In this document: positions 24,928 through 36,334 of the stretch, one piece after another
Layout of the letters: the number at the start of each line of letters is the position of its first letter
How positions within the stretch are numbered: the stretch's first letter is position 1
Assembly (NCBI GenBank): GCA_032718475.1
Contig: JAUCBJ010000310.1
Location: 1-42,469 of the forward strand
Direction: 5' to 3'
Source of the DNA: Nemertoderma westbladi
Taxonomy: Eukaryota > Animalia > Xenacoelomorpha
DNA: 42,469 bases
Notes under the pieces: generated by a model
Told to the model about the DNA's origin: nothing
Seen by the model: the letters and a program-made list of their open reading frames with translations, nothing else
Databases searched by the model: none
Position numbers and translations under genes: made by a program

Positions 24928-25086
24928 AATTCTAGAATTAGTTGCCCATTGGTTAAATTATAATAAAGGTGGTTGATTTGCTGTATATACCTGTAAAAAA
25001 TTAAAGGCGTATTTTATCTGTTGACGGGTTCTTTTCATCCCTTATTCACTATATCCTGAAATATACTGTAGTGACATAATTCAGTG
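24928..25086. repeat. Direct repeat copy 1 (partner at 27254-27436)
   Basis: AATTCTAGAAT..GTTGCCCATTGGTTAAATTATA...TACCTGTAAAAA.TTAAAGGCGTATTTT...CATCCCTTATTCACTATATCCTGAA...TAGTGACATAATTC.GTG shared. Confidence 0.85.
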
Positions 25087-25118
25087 ACACGCCCCTATCC
25101 CTTGTATTTCAACACATA

Positions 25119-26098
25119 CACCATGTCCTGGAATATGATAATCGTAATTCAGTGACACGCCCACATTTTCTACAAATCGTAAAGAGATTGCTTGAAATTA
25201 GAAACAAAGATAATTTCACCACCCGACCACAGCTTGGGTGAGCCAGAATTTTTAATTTTGGTTTCAATCTTTAGCTACAAGCATTAAAAAAAAGTGTCTC
25301 CGACGATATTGCACCAGTTACACCACCACAGTTATTCTTCAACCGTGATATGATTTGTTGGTACAGTTAGAAAGATGGCCATGCAATGATTCCAATCTGA
25401 ATTTCATAGCAAAATAGCTGAGATATGAGCGTTCAAATGTTGGATGTTTTGCACCTGCCCGAGGCTATTTTATTCTATTTATTTAATACACCATATTCTA
25501 GAACATTTTGTTTATGTATGAATAGCTACGTAATATGATTAAAGAGGTATTGCATTGTTGCCCAGAATTGTTGCCACAAAATGTTCCAGAATATTTATTA
25601 AATATAATAAAATAGCTTCGCGCAGGTGCATAACCATGCAAACTTTGAACGCTCATATCTCAGAATGTGTTACATATTTGGAATCCTTATGGCCAGCTTT
25701 CTTTTAGGCCACGTTCACACTACCGAGTCAAAGTCAAAAGACAAAATGTAAAACACATCACATGAAATGTAATTTTTTCTCGAATGCCCATGTATTATTA
25801 TATAATGTATTATTATTTATTATTGCTAGCTATATTTATTTTCTTTTGATTTTGTCTTTTGACTTTGACTCGGTGAACTGTGAACGCGGCCCAACCACCT
25901 TTTTTAAACGCTTGTAGCTAAATAATGAAAGCGAAAATAAAAATCCTGGCTCACCCAGTCAGTGCCAGTGGTCGGGAGGTGAAACTATCTCTGTTTCAAA
26001 TTTCATGCAAACTCATTAAGATTTGTAGAAAAATTTGGGGGGAGGGGGGGGGGGCAGGTACCTGAATAACGACACTATGTATATTCCAGGACGTGGTG
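25119..26098. mobile_element. Diverged foldback MITE related to 22562-23489
   Basis: TA|CACCATGTCCTGGAATAT ... ATATTCCAGGACGTGGTG|TA; shared internal motifs (TGCTTGAAATTAGAAAC, GCTGAGA.AT..GCGTTCAAA, TATTCTAGAACA.TTTGTTTATGTAT). Confidence 0.8.
25707..25891. mobile_element. Small nested MITE (PIF/Harbinger-like termini)
   Basis: GGCCACGTTCACA...CCGAGTCAAAGTCAAAAGACAAAAT vs ATTTTGTCTTTTGACTTTGACTCGG...TGTGAACGCGGCC. Confidence 0.75.
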
Positions 26099-26666
26099 TA
26101 ATTCGGTGACACCCATTCTTTGTTCTTCAACAACAAATCTTAAGATCGAATGCGGACAGAAACAAAAATAGTTCGGATTTTCAATTACGTGCATCAAGAT
26201 TTTTCATTTTCGCGTTTAAATTTCTGGTACAGTACAAGCATTTGAAAAGTATCTTTATCGATATGCACCTTCGCAGAACAATTATTAGAGATCATTTCCG
26301 TTATTTGCTGGACCCGACCAATTGAAAGAGACATTACAAGAATTCAAAATAGGTCAAAAAGTTTTAAATTTGGTGATAAATAGCTATGTGCGTTCGAAAC
26401 TTACTTCTACGGTGAAGTAAAGTTAACATTATAATAATATGTTGGCAGTTATAGAAATGCAACATGTTTCTGGAATTTCTTGAGTAAATTTATTTCTTTA
26501 GTTATGGGCATGTAGGATTATATTTATAATCATTGCATGAAAGATAAAGTAATTGACAGATAACAGTAGGACCGTTACTAAGAATATATTATTTAATGAA
26601 TTAAGATGCTTTATATCGATAAAATAGTTGACCGCGAGGCAGGAAAATATCAGTTTACAGGATTAA

Positions 26667-27113
26667 TTAGTTCAGTTTCATATCCTCCTTTGCCAACTTC
26701 TTCATAAACTTGCTGCACGGATCAAGTTTTCCCTGACTGGCAAGACTTTTCCCATCGGCTCTTCTTCCAAGGCCCCTTGATCGAGACTTCCCTACTCTTT
26801 TCTTCCCCCGACTTTTCGATCTTCCCTTCATCTTCTTTCCTTTCTTCCCCTTTCCTCTACGACTTCTAGACCGACTTCCTTTACCTCGGCGACTCCTAGA
26901 CCGACTTCCTTTACCTCGGCGACTCCTAGACCTGCTCTTCTTTCCCTTCTTCTTTCCCTTCTTACTTCCCTTCCGTTTCTTTCGTCTCCGTTTCTCCATA
27001 TCTTTCCTGCTGGTTGATCTACTCACAATATCCTTCTTTCTATCTTCCTCTAAGGCCCAACTCAGTAACTCATCCTCACCCAACACGCCATTTTCACTCT
27101 CATTGTAAGCCAT
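26667..27113 (-). CDS. Protamine-like / sperm nuclear basic protein precursor (148 aa; acidic N-terminus, R/K/S/G-rich core)
   Basis: ATG at 27113. MAYNESENGVLGEDELLSWALEED then KRRRKKRKGSKKGKKKGKK(SRSRSRRGKG)x3 KKGKK... Purine-rich coding-like sequence in an AT-rich intron, with TATA/CCAAT upstream and ATTAAA (26597-26592) / AATAAA (26494-26489) downstream. Confidence 0.65.
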   Translation of the reverse strand: MAYNESENGVLGEDELLSWALEEDRKKDIVSRSTSRKDMEKRRRKKRKGSKKGKKKGKKSRSRSRRGKGSRSRSRRGKGSRSRSRRGKGKKGKKMKGRSKSRGKKRVGKSRSRGLGRRADGKSLASQGKLDPCSKFMKKLAKEDMKLN

Positions 27114-27199
27114 CACAGCAATGGAACCTAATCACCAGTACTGTTTCTATTATTTATTTATCCTAATAAAACTTTGTTGCAACTTAAATCATTAGTGTT

Positions 27200-27310
27200 T
27201 TGCGTATGACAAGTTTTATCGACGTTTTTGTTATTTATATAATATGAAGATTAAATTCTAGAATCTGTTGCCCATTGGTTAAATTATATTAAAGGTTGTT
27301 GATTGGCTGT
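27200..27310 (-). promoter_or_regulatory. Putative promoter of the protamine-like gene
   Basis: Minus strand CCAAT at 27306-27302 and 27278-27274, TATATAAA at 27241-27234, Inr-like TCAT ~30 nt downstream. Confidence 0.45.
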
Positions 27311-27436
27311 AATATACAGTATAATTTAAGTGGGTGATTTTCAATACCTGTAAAAATTAAAGGCGTATTTTTTCTGTTAACGGTTTTTTTCATCCCTTAT
27401 TCACTATATCCTGAATTATAGTGACATAATTCGGTG
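27254..27436. repeat. Direct repeat copy 2 (partner at 24928-25086)
   Basis: Same sequence as copy 1 with an extra ~30 bp internal segment. Confidence 0.85.
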
Positions 27437-28401
27437 TTATTCCCCATTACAAACTATTTAAAAAACAATACAATGGTGGATTATGTAAAAAAATAACCAA
27501 ATTCGCCAAGGAAACAAGCAAGGAAAGCAAACAGTCGGCCGAGGCCGGGGGCGACCCTATGGCTCATCTTTCCCAGTCAATTAGAATATTTAAAAATATA
27601 ATCAATTAGAAAACACAGCTACAGTATTACCAATTCAAATGTATCTGTTCCTGAGGACCATTTGGCCGAGGTCTATAACACAACATGCTTAGCTATTAGG
27701 TCATCTCTGACGTGTCCTTAACCCTGTGCGTCCAGCCTATTGGTTGTCAGACACAGTAGACGCGGGTGATTGTTGGCTGCCTCTGTAGTCTGGCGGTCAG
27801 TTCAGTTGTTGGTCCTACCAGCACTGAAATCGGGTTGTCTGCTGACCCAGCAAGCCAAGCAGTCAGTTTCTTCATGTCCAGCATTCGTGTGTGTATCCCA
27901 CCTGTTGGTACTGTACAGCTCAGGGGTTGGGCTTATCTGTCACTGTGAATCCTGTATAGACAGTTCATCTCAACCAGCCCCAGAAAGGCAGCCCAGGTTA
28001 ATAAAGGGTCAAGAAAATAATTTAAAAAGTTCAAGTAATAAATTATTATTAATGATAATTAATAAATTTTAGTGATAATTATTACATTTAAATATATTCA
28101 TTCATATTCATAAAAGAGCTTTAAAAGAGATATTGATATTTATATATTGACCCAGAGGGACAGACGATTGTTATACGTTATGGATGACTTGTCTTGCACT
28201 GACTCTTATTAAACAAGCTACTTAAAGTTATAGATAGTTGGAAAAATTAACTTTAGATTCCTTATGTTAACTTCAGTTTTAAATAAAGCGAAACATTATA
28301 GTTGCCCAGAGTAGCCCAGTACTTTACATACAAGTCAATATAATTGTACTACTTACGAAATATCCACGCGCGCTAACATTATTTTTTATGTAAAATTTTA
28401 G

Positions 28402-28616
28402 CGGTAAACTCATTAACCTTCGGCGACGGAAGTTATCTCTCCCTGCGGCAGAACGAGAAATACAAGTGGAAGAGACGACTCGCAACCTCTGGCGGAAGAC
28501 GACGCAGGACAATCGCTGACGATTACGTTAACTCGGTCGGTATTACATTCCGAACCCGGACCATGGGCGGCCTTCTTCTCCAAATAGAAACAGATGATAT
28601 CATAGTTGCACTTTAC
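28402..28616 (+). CDS. FAT4: Fat exon P (LamG2 start, polybasic loop)
   Basis: tttag|CG VNSLTFGDGSYLSLRQNEKYKWKRRLATSGGRRRRTIADDYVNSVGITFRTRTMGGLLLQIE...ALY|gttagt; phase matches exon O. Confidence 0.87.
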
Positions 28617-28816
28617 GTTAGTTAAATGTTCTCCGATAAACTCGGCAAAATTAAATATTTTGTGAAGAACCATTTGACATGGACATGACTGAAGAACCAT
28701 TATTTCTTATAATTTAAGATAACATAAAAGCTGTTTATAAAAATTTGTATTAAAATGTATTATAATTACTGTATATCTATCTCAACGTTATTACTGTTTA
28801 TTAATTTATGATATAG

Positions 28817-29057
28817 TTGGATTTAGACACAATAGCTGTGGCGACGTCGTCGTCAGCTGATCACTCACGACTAACTGTGTCCGGGTTGGACGATGGTGAG
28901 TGGCACACAGTCACTCTGGACCTAGGGGTCCCAAGTGTTCGCGTCGCCGAGACAACATTGGAAGGACTAACCGCTCCACTCACACCCGTAGAAGTTTGGA
29001 AACTAGTTGGCATGCAGATTGGAGGAGGAATAAACTCAACTTCCTCGTCCCCACAAT
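28817..29057 (+). CDS. FAT4: Fat exon Q (LamG2 middle)
   Basis: atag|LDLDTI...GLDDGEWHTVTLD...MQIGG...PQ T|gtgagt; LamG DGEWHTV motif. Confidence 0.85.
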
Positions 29058-29117
29058 GTGAGTAAGAATCGGTCATATAAGGTTAAATGCCGGCGTTTAA
29101 AATTATTGTTCATTGTT

Positions 29118-29972
29118 ATGTGAGGTTCATGGTTGTGTAAGATTCATGGTTGTGTGAGGTTCGAAGTTGTATAAGGTTCTTGTCTAATGTTAATGCTTCT
29201 TTAAGGTTCATGGTTGTGTAAGATTCATGGTTGTGTGAGATTCGAGGTTGTATATGGTTCTTGTCTAAGATTATAGGTTCTTTAAGGTTCATGGTTGTGT
29301 GAGGTTAGAGTTTGTATAAGGTTCATGGTTGTGTAAGGTTCATGGTTGTGTAAGGTTCATGGTTGTGTAAGATTCGAGGTTGTATAAGGTTAATGGATGT
29401 CTAAGGTTCATGTTTGTGTAAGGTTAATGGATGTGTGAGGTTCGAGGTTGTATAAGGTTCTTGACTAAGGTTAATGGTTCTTTAAGGTTCATGGTTGTGT
29501 AAGATTCATGGTTGTGTGAGTTCGAGGTTGTATAAGGTTCATGGTTGTGTAAGGTTCATGGTTGTGTGAGGTTCGATATTGTATAAGGTTAATGGATGTT
29601 TAAGGTTCATGTTTGTGTAAGGTTAATGGATGTGTGAGTTTCGAGGTTGTATAAGGTTCTTGTCTAAGGTTAATGGTTCTTTAAGGTTCATGGTTGTGTA
29701 AGATTCATGGTTGTGTGAGATTCGAGGTTGTATAAAGTTATTGTCTAAGGTTAATGGTTTTTTTAAGGTTCATGGTTGTGTGAGGTTCGAGGTTGTACAG
29801 TATAAGGTTCTTGACTAAGGTTAATGGTTCTTTAAGGTTACTGGTTGTGTGAGGTTCGATGTTGTATAAGGTTAATGGATGTTTAAGGTTCATGTTTGTT
29901 TAAGGTTCATGGATGTGTGGGGTTCGAGGTTGTATAAGGTTCTTGTCTAAGGTTCCTGGTTTAAAGGTTCAT
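29118..29972. repeat. 17-bp minisatellite (AAGGTTCATGGTTGTGT variants)
   Basis: Direct reading; variant units recur in higher-order blocks. Confidence 0.93.
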
Positions 29973-30574
29973 GTTGGCCCATGTGAAGTATACCAGAGTT
30001 TCTGCTGTTATATTTCACTTTTCAGTTTACCAACATGAGAAGAATACCAGGTTTTCACTAAAACCATAGGTTTCAGAAGGGCTGATTCTAACCAAAACAA
30101 TAAACTATCTAAAGTATCTATACAGGTTATAAGTAGAAAGAAATGAGCGCTATAAAACACTTAATAAGTAGAAATTTGAAAAAATACAAATTCTTCAAAT
30201 ATAAAATTCCAGAATAGTGCAATTTTTTTTGAAAATTTTGATTTTTTTTGAAAATTTGGTATTTAGAGGGTCCGGTCCCGGTCAATGGGTCCGGTCAGTA
30301 GCCACTTCTACAGTTTAGACACAAGTGGGTACTACAGTAATAACAACTGTAGATTGAAATGGATGGGAATTTATTAGGAAATTGTTAGGACCCACCGGTA
30401 CCGGCCGCCATACAGCCTTCAGTATACAGTAATGTACTAGTAGTCTCCGACTAGTAGATTTCGACTAGTAGTTTTCGACTAGTAGCTGATCTAGACTTTG
30501 CTGATGACTTATAAGTACTCTCAGAATCACTAGAGGGAGCCCAACGGATCTTCAGCTCATTAAAACAGGGTGCT

Positions 30575-31110
30575 TCTAGTGTTGGTCTTTTTATTAACTC
30601 CAAAAAGATTAAGGTCCGATTATTTAGAGCAGCAGTAGTTCCTGTACTCCCTGTACTCCTCTATGGGAGTCCATGCTGGGCTCTAACTGCTGAGGACACC
30701 AAATCTCTGGATGGCACATTCACAATAATGCTATGCCGGGTTCATTGTGTCAAGTACAATGCACACATCTCCAACCTGACACTATATAACATTGTGTCTC
30801 ATTGGTTCCCCCAAGCTTGACACTAGAACAAAGCTAACTCCGTTTTGCAGGACATTGCTTTCGCCGTGAGGACCAGCCAGTCAATAATCTTGTACTTTGG
30901 CAGCCTCATGGAGTGAATAAGCATGATGGACAGCCCATGACTTACTTGAGACGCATCTTAGAGGACGAGGACATTGGCCTTGAAGATGCGGATGATCTAG
31001 CAAATGTCATGGGTGATAGGGAGATGTGGAGGCGCAATTTTGTCGACAAGCCGGCACAGCATTCTTAAAAGTGCAGCTGCAATGCAGCATGCCGATACTA
31101 GTAGTAGCAG
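30575..31110 (+). mobile_element. RTE-like LINE 3' fragment
   Basis: KKIKVRLFRAAVVPVL..LYGSPCWALT...LDGTFTIML and LRFAGHCFRREDQPVNNLVLWQP...DREMWR, followed by a (TAG)n-like tail. Confidence 0.8.
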
Positions 31111-31454
31111 AATATTAGACTTGATAAAGAACATTTTGTTCGAAAATTTGTCTTTTTTCATACATATTTATTTATAATTACCTGCCATCCATCCTGTAAA
31201 TTAAATATCAACTTAATAAATTGTCACCGCGTATGGTCTGTTTTCATTTTGTCATCAACTCAACAATATGATTCCCACGTTGACTAGGGCTTACCAATAT
31301 ATTTCATATTCATTATTATTATTGTATATTAGTCAGGTGGAATATCTAACAAGTTGATGTGTATGTACTGTACTGCACTGTATTATTATACGTAAGGGCA
31401 GCCTCAGCCTCAGTCAGTGTTAACGATTATGAATAATGAAGATATTGCGTCGGG

Positions 31455-31570
31455 GTTGTTTCCTATTGGCCGAACAAAGTGGCAGCCCTTTGCGTGAATG
31501 TGTGGACCAATAATAATTAATAAAGCCTTTATACCTGTGGCTAGTTAGTGGGAAGGAGTTGAGTAATAAG
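31455..31570 (+). promoter_or_regulatory. Putative promoter / non-coding first exon of the CSD gene
   Basis: ATTGG at 31465, CCAAT at 31507, candidate donor gtgagt at 31570 and acceptor tttacag at 31935 before the ATG. Confidence 0.35.
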
Positions 31571-31977
31571 TGAGTCATCATTGTCAACTCAGCTAGCTTA
31601 TGCTGTTATGTGTATCAGTATATTTATATGCAATGCTTGTCTACACCATCATTCAGTCATTGACGTTTTACAATACAGTACAGCAGTACAGAGCTTGGAG
31701 CTATCGCTTGTCATACGGCATAGTACAGCAGCTGTACAGTACAGCAGTATTACAGTATAAAGCCTATACCAGTCTGCCAGTATACTGGTATACCGGTTGG
31801 AGTATCATACAGTCATACTTCAATAGTTTAATTAACGCCGTACATTCAACTGTCTGACTGTAGGCCTACACAGCACAATACTGCAATACAGTAATACTCA
31901 ATACTGCAATACCAGAACCAGACTAGTATTTACAGATTTAGGACACATCTTTCACCACAACCAAAAACCTTTCCGCA

Positions 31978-32292
31978 ATGGCTATTGAACGCGGTACCTG
32001 CAAGTGGTTTAACAGCGAGAAAGGCTTCGGGTTTATTTCTCCTGACCACGGCGGCGACGATTTGTTTGTCCACCAGAGTCAAATCCACGCCGACGGTTAC
32101 CGTTCGCTGGCGGAAGGGGAGACTGTCGAGTTTGTGCGAAGCCACGACGAGCGTAACGGTAAAGAGAAGGCGGCGAACGTGACCGGGCCTAATGGATCGT
32201 ACGTGCAGGGTGCTAGTCGGGATGGGGGTGGGCGAGGAGGGGGCTACGGTGGCGGGCGATCGGGTGGCGGGGGAGGCGGGGGATACTACTAA
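31978..32292 (+). CDS. Cold-shock-domain protein with Gly-rich/RGG tail (104 aa)
   Basis: [15 protein letters not shown] (RNP1), DLFVHQS (RNP2), [25 protein letters not shown], then [24 protein letters not shown]-rich ORF; AATAAA at 32827. Confidence 0.93.
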   Translation: MAIERGTCKWFNSEKGFGFISPDHGGDDLFVHQSQIHADGYRSLAEGETVEFVRSHDERNGKEKAANVTGPNGSYVQGASRDGGGRGGGYGGGRSGGGGGGGYY

Positions 32293-33673
32293 GCTGCTAC
32301 CGACAGACCGGGGTATATAACTCACACTGCCCAACACCTACCGGTACCTAATTATTGATGTAAATTTGGCAATTTAATTATTTTTCTAACATTACTTCAG
32401 TACTTCGACTGTCAGATGGATAAATTCATAAATTTATCCAAGTGTACTTCGCTCCACTTGCCACTATGCATAGACCTCTTTCTCAATCTCTTCATAAACA
32501 TATATCAGTATGTACCGTATTAATACTATGCACGTGTGTTAGCCGTAGACATAGCCAGCATTCCGACAGCCCGGTAATTAATTCACAAACCAATGAAACA
32601 GTGACCTTGGGTATTTTTTGCATTGTATGTTGTGGCTGTAACTAAATACGTATAGGCCTTCTGTACAGGTGTACGTACATAGTTCAGTATTCAGCTCTTT
32701 GTAACTGATACGATGTTGCAATATATTATATACATTTGCACATTTCTCGTTGCATCATTGTATTTGTTGTGCTGTCTAGTTGTTGAAATGTATTTTTATT
32801 TCTATTAATGGACCACTTATTTTATAAATAAAGTGCAATATGTATAATCAATGTGTAATCCAAGCCAAAAGTAAACCTGTGCAATTTATAATAATAATAT
32901 TTTGTACATAATATTCATCAATGATTGATTAAAGAAATATAAAGAAATAACTTCTTATATTTTACTTTATAAAATCCTGTTTTGGATAAGATAATATCAT
33001 ACATCAAAATGTATATATTTGGTAAACAGCCAAAATTTCTTTGAAATACCTGGGCGTAGGGGGGGGGGGGGGGGGGGGTGCAAAGGAAATAGGTGTCCAT
33101 GTCCAGGTCCACTGTCCAAATGGAAAATGGACGCGTGATTGAATGCAATAATGTATCGAATTAATCATAACTTCAGCAGTAATTTTACTGAAATCTAATC
33201 CACGAACCCTACTGATCATTAATTGCATTGTAAGTCCTTCCTTGTTATTGAATTGGAGTTACGGGAGCGCGTGAAATAAATAATAATGTAAATAATAAAT
33301 AAAAATATGAAAACAATTTCCGTCCTAGTATGAGTCATTATACTCCATCATTACGGGATCTCAGGTGGATCATAGCAATCCAATCTCGCACATTGGAAAT
33401 TACTGTGTCGGAACGAAACGTCTTAAAACGCCGACCTTGAATCGTTGCAGTTTGCTACTTCCCTATCGTTATTCGAGTAATAAACACCATTACAACTTAT
33501 ATCTAGGTAACTAAACTAAACCGCGATCCCTTCCCTTTACACAGCGCCGTTGCTGTAGTAATGATTCCCACTATGTCGGCCAACTGCGTGAAGGCGTATT
33601 CCTACGAATAGGACCGTGCCATAAGCTCATTTATAAGATATAATAAATGAGCGCTAATAAACACGTACAGTTA

Positions 33674-34415
33674 CAGGGTGTCGAACCACCGGGAAAATAA
33701 TTAAACCGGGAAAATGCCTAGGAAAAATATCATGTAATTGAATTTTGAACAACATGTTCAAAGTTAGTAGAAGTATTACCGATTTTTTATTTATTTTTAT
33801 TTATTTATTCAAAATTAAAAGGTAAGGTAAAACCTTATTGCATCCGTAATATCAAAGAAGGCAGTCGTTAAAAAGAGTAACGTTAAAAAAATATAAAAGA
33901 TAATACAGTTAAAAAAAGTAACCCATGTCAATAAAATAAACCGCACAAATAAAAGGTATTGGGAAGGGTTGTATTCGTAGATTAAACAAGCCCTTTATTG
34001 ATAAAAATGGTTTTTATTGTTGATAAACTTGTGAATTGTTGCTAAAACTTTATGTGAAAACTTTATGCTAAAACAGTAGACAGGCTGAACGATGAGATAG
34101 CTGAGCTAAAACGACTCTCAGTTTAGTATTTAATAAAATATACTAACTTGAGAGGTAAAATTAGAATTCAATATAATGCACATTATTATTATATAATTAC
34201 TGTATATGCAATTAAATTGAATACAATAAAATAATATTTACAATAATATTTTGTACATTTTGACAACATATAATTTGATAGGAAAGGTTAACATGAAATT
34301 TAGGTAAAGTGGAAATCAAAGTATTATGTTTTTATGTATTACATTATGTCATTTAAACCGGGAAAATTCACAAATGAACCGGGAAAAAAACATGTAAAAA
34401 TCGATCGACACCCTG
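33674..34415. mobile_element. Non-autonomous hAT-like element
   Basis: 11-bp TIR CAGGGTGTCGA...TCGACACCCTG and repeated ACCGGGAAAA subterminal motifs at both ends; no 8-bp TSD visible. Confidence 0.65.
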
Positions 34416-35699
34416 AATAAGGTGAAATTAAAAAAAAAAATACAAATTCGAATAAAAATTCGACCAAAAAGTTATACCTGGTATTCTCCAAATGGGTGGT
34501 AAGCTACCTCACAAAAATGTTTTTGTAAATCAATCTCCATAAAACTTAGAAATGTGGTATAAATTTAGGTTTAGTGGGCAGGCCATATCCCTAATTAAAC
34601 GTGTTAATTACCTGCATAATAATCAGATTTTTAGCATAATCAAATTTGGGATAGGAATTCCCAACATAAAAGTTGACGACTACTGTATATTCCTATGCCA
34701 CTCATTTGTACCAAATAAGGACGTACAAAATCATATAAAGTAATATATCTCCCAGGCCACTGGACCTCATACAACTGCGAATAAAAAAAATAAGGTAAAT
34801 TGAAAGGCCGGTGGCTCTTATATTTAAAAAAAAATTACAATATTGAAATTTTATATAGTACCGCGACATACAGCCGTAGTACTTATATCAATCCACTATT
34901 TTATTCAGTTGCTTATTTAGTAATAAGTGGAGTGTAACAGCGCTCAGAATAATAATTAATATATTGTAATATAAATCTATTTATCTTCTTAATTTCAAAC
35001 AATTAAACGTTCCCCATGTGGCTGGCTCTCACATTATGAAGCTAACTGGATGACCTGCTCTGACCTTACTTACCAAACCAGACATCTTCATTGTTCTCTA
35101 AGAGAATTTATATTACTTTTACAAGTCAGAACACAAAGAGTTAGTGTTCGTCCACCTTGTGTGTTTATTCCCTACTAACATACCTTGCATTACATATTAA
35201 TTTTGCACTGCTTCGCTTGCCACTAGCATTCAATTAATGCAACGTATTACTCAGTGGATATTGGTTTCTGTCTGCCCTATTATACAACAGGCAATAGTAC
35301 GCGTTGAGCCCCCATAGACAATAGACATACCAGTGCAGCATGTAGGCCTACTGTAGCTTGTAAACTCACGTCACCTGTACCCTATTCCACTACCGTTAAG
35401 GCTTGTAATTCAGACTGTAAAAGCTTTTGTTTCAGTTTGCGAAGCGACTGATCAGTTAGGGTGTGCTGGTATTACATTAATAACGGCACACTTGTAATTA
35501 GGCCTACATAATGGAAAAGAGAAGCAGACATTGGATTTGCTGTTTTGTCGGTAGCTTACTCGTCTTCTATACTGCTATGTCATGTGTTCTGCTCTCCCTG
35601 TGTTGTGCCTCGTGGCGAGTAACATAGTCTGTAACATCCTTACAGTACAGAAGTATACAGTTTAGTAATGGCGAAATTGTCATTGTCAGTCTGTTGTGT

Positions 35700-36051
35700 G
35701 GCGCAGAGTTAGAATTTGAACAAAATCGTCTTTATTGGCGCCAAGAGATTTCCCAAAATTTTTAAGATGATGACTTCAGGACCTACGATTAATATTGTAA
35801 AATTCAGGAGCGTGCGAATTTTCATGTCAGTATTCCGTTACCCGGTTGTGGTTAGTTATTCGTATTGCTCTGCTTTTCATTCTAATACCGTTAGGCCTAC
35901 AGTATAGGCCTACTGTTACTGTATTTTCCGGCCTGCAGTTATTGCCGAGGCGAGGATGTTGCAGAACCTTGCACAAGATTAAACTGCTAGGCCTATATGT
36001 TTTCTATATTTTCTTGTTCCATAGGCCTACTGATATATACTGTAGATAACG
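35700..36051 (+). promoter_or_regulatory. Putative cell-cycle-type promoter / UTR exon of Speedy
   Basis: CHR-like TTTGAA (~35715), ATTGG overlapping the E2F-like palindrome TTGGCGCCAA (~35734-35744), candidate donor G|gtaaga at 36052 and acceptor attag at 38404 just before the ATG. Confidence 0.35.
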
Positions 36052-36334
36052 GTAAGATATTTTTTGGAATTAATAACACATTTTATTGTCCTTTTCACCA
36101 TCGCCGGGTAAATTTTAATTACAATAATCAAGCTACTGTATAGCTCAAAATTTGACACAAATTAGGCTAGTTTCTTTCCCAATTAGGTCACTTGCCCAAT
36201 GGGTCACTTCGCCAACATGTCACATCACATTTAAGTGCTTTTAATAATTATTAGCTAGCTTATTAGACTGCAAAAGATGGTAATACGAACTTAGTTCCTG
36301 TAGGGCCTGACTTTGATGATCTTAGATCTTTGCG

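Larger units (their letters stand above)
7257..29057 (+). other. FAT4: Fat/FAT4-like protocadherin gene, partial (17 coding exons in window)
   Basis: Domain order cadherin x~16, EGF x4, LamG1, EGF, LamG2 matches FAT4/Drosophila Fat. LamG1 (GFHEMSYLELPAL...EFATRS...FVALEI...NLGSG...VGGLRSL...RPGHV..FIGC) and LamG2 (RQNEK...VNSVGITFRTR) resemble vertebrate FAT4 as I recall it. All 16 introns are GT-AG and phase-compatible. Confidence 0.88.

Noticed and set aside
30020-30075. Candidate next Fat exons at 30026, 40646 and 42351
   Set aside because: Acceptor-like AGs, but the phase-1 translations hit stops and lack the expected LamG 'FxGC' or EGF motifs.
31930-32337. 135-aa antisense ORF over the CSD gene; calling the CSD gene LIN28 or YBX1
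   Set aside because: Shadow ORF. The protein lacks Lin28 zinc knuckles and YBX-specific sequences.
32790-32832. CPE-like UUUUUAU near the CSD polyA signal
   Set aside because: Too likely by chance in AT-rich sequence to report without conservation.
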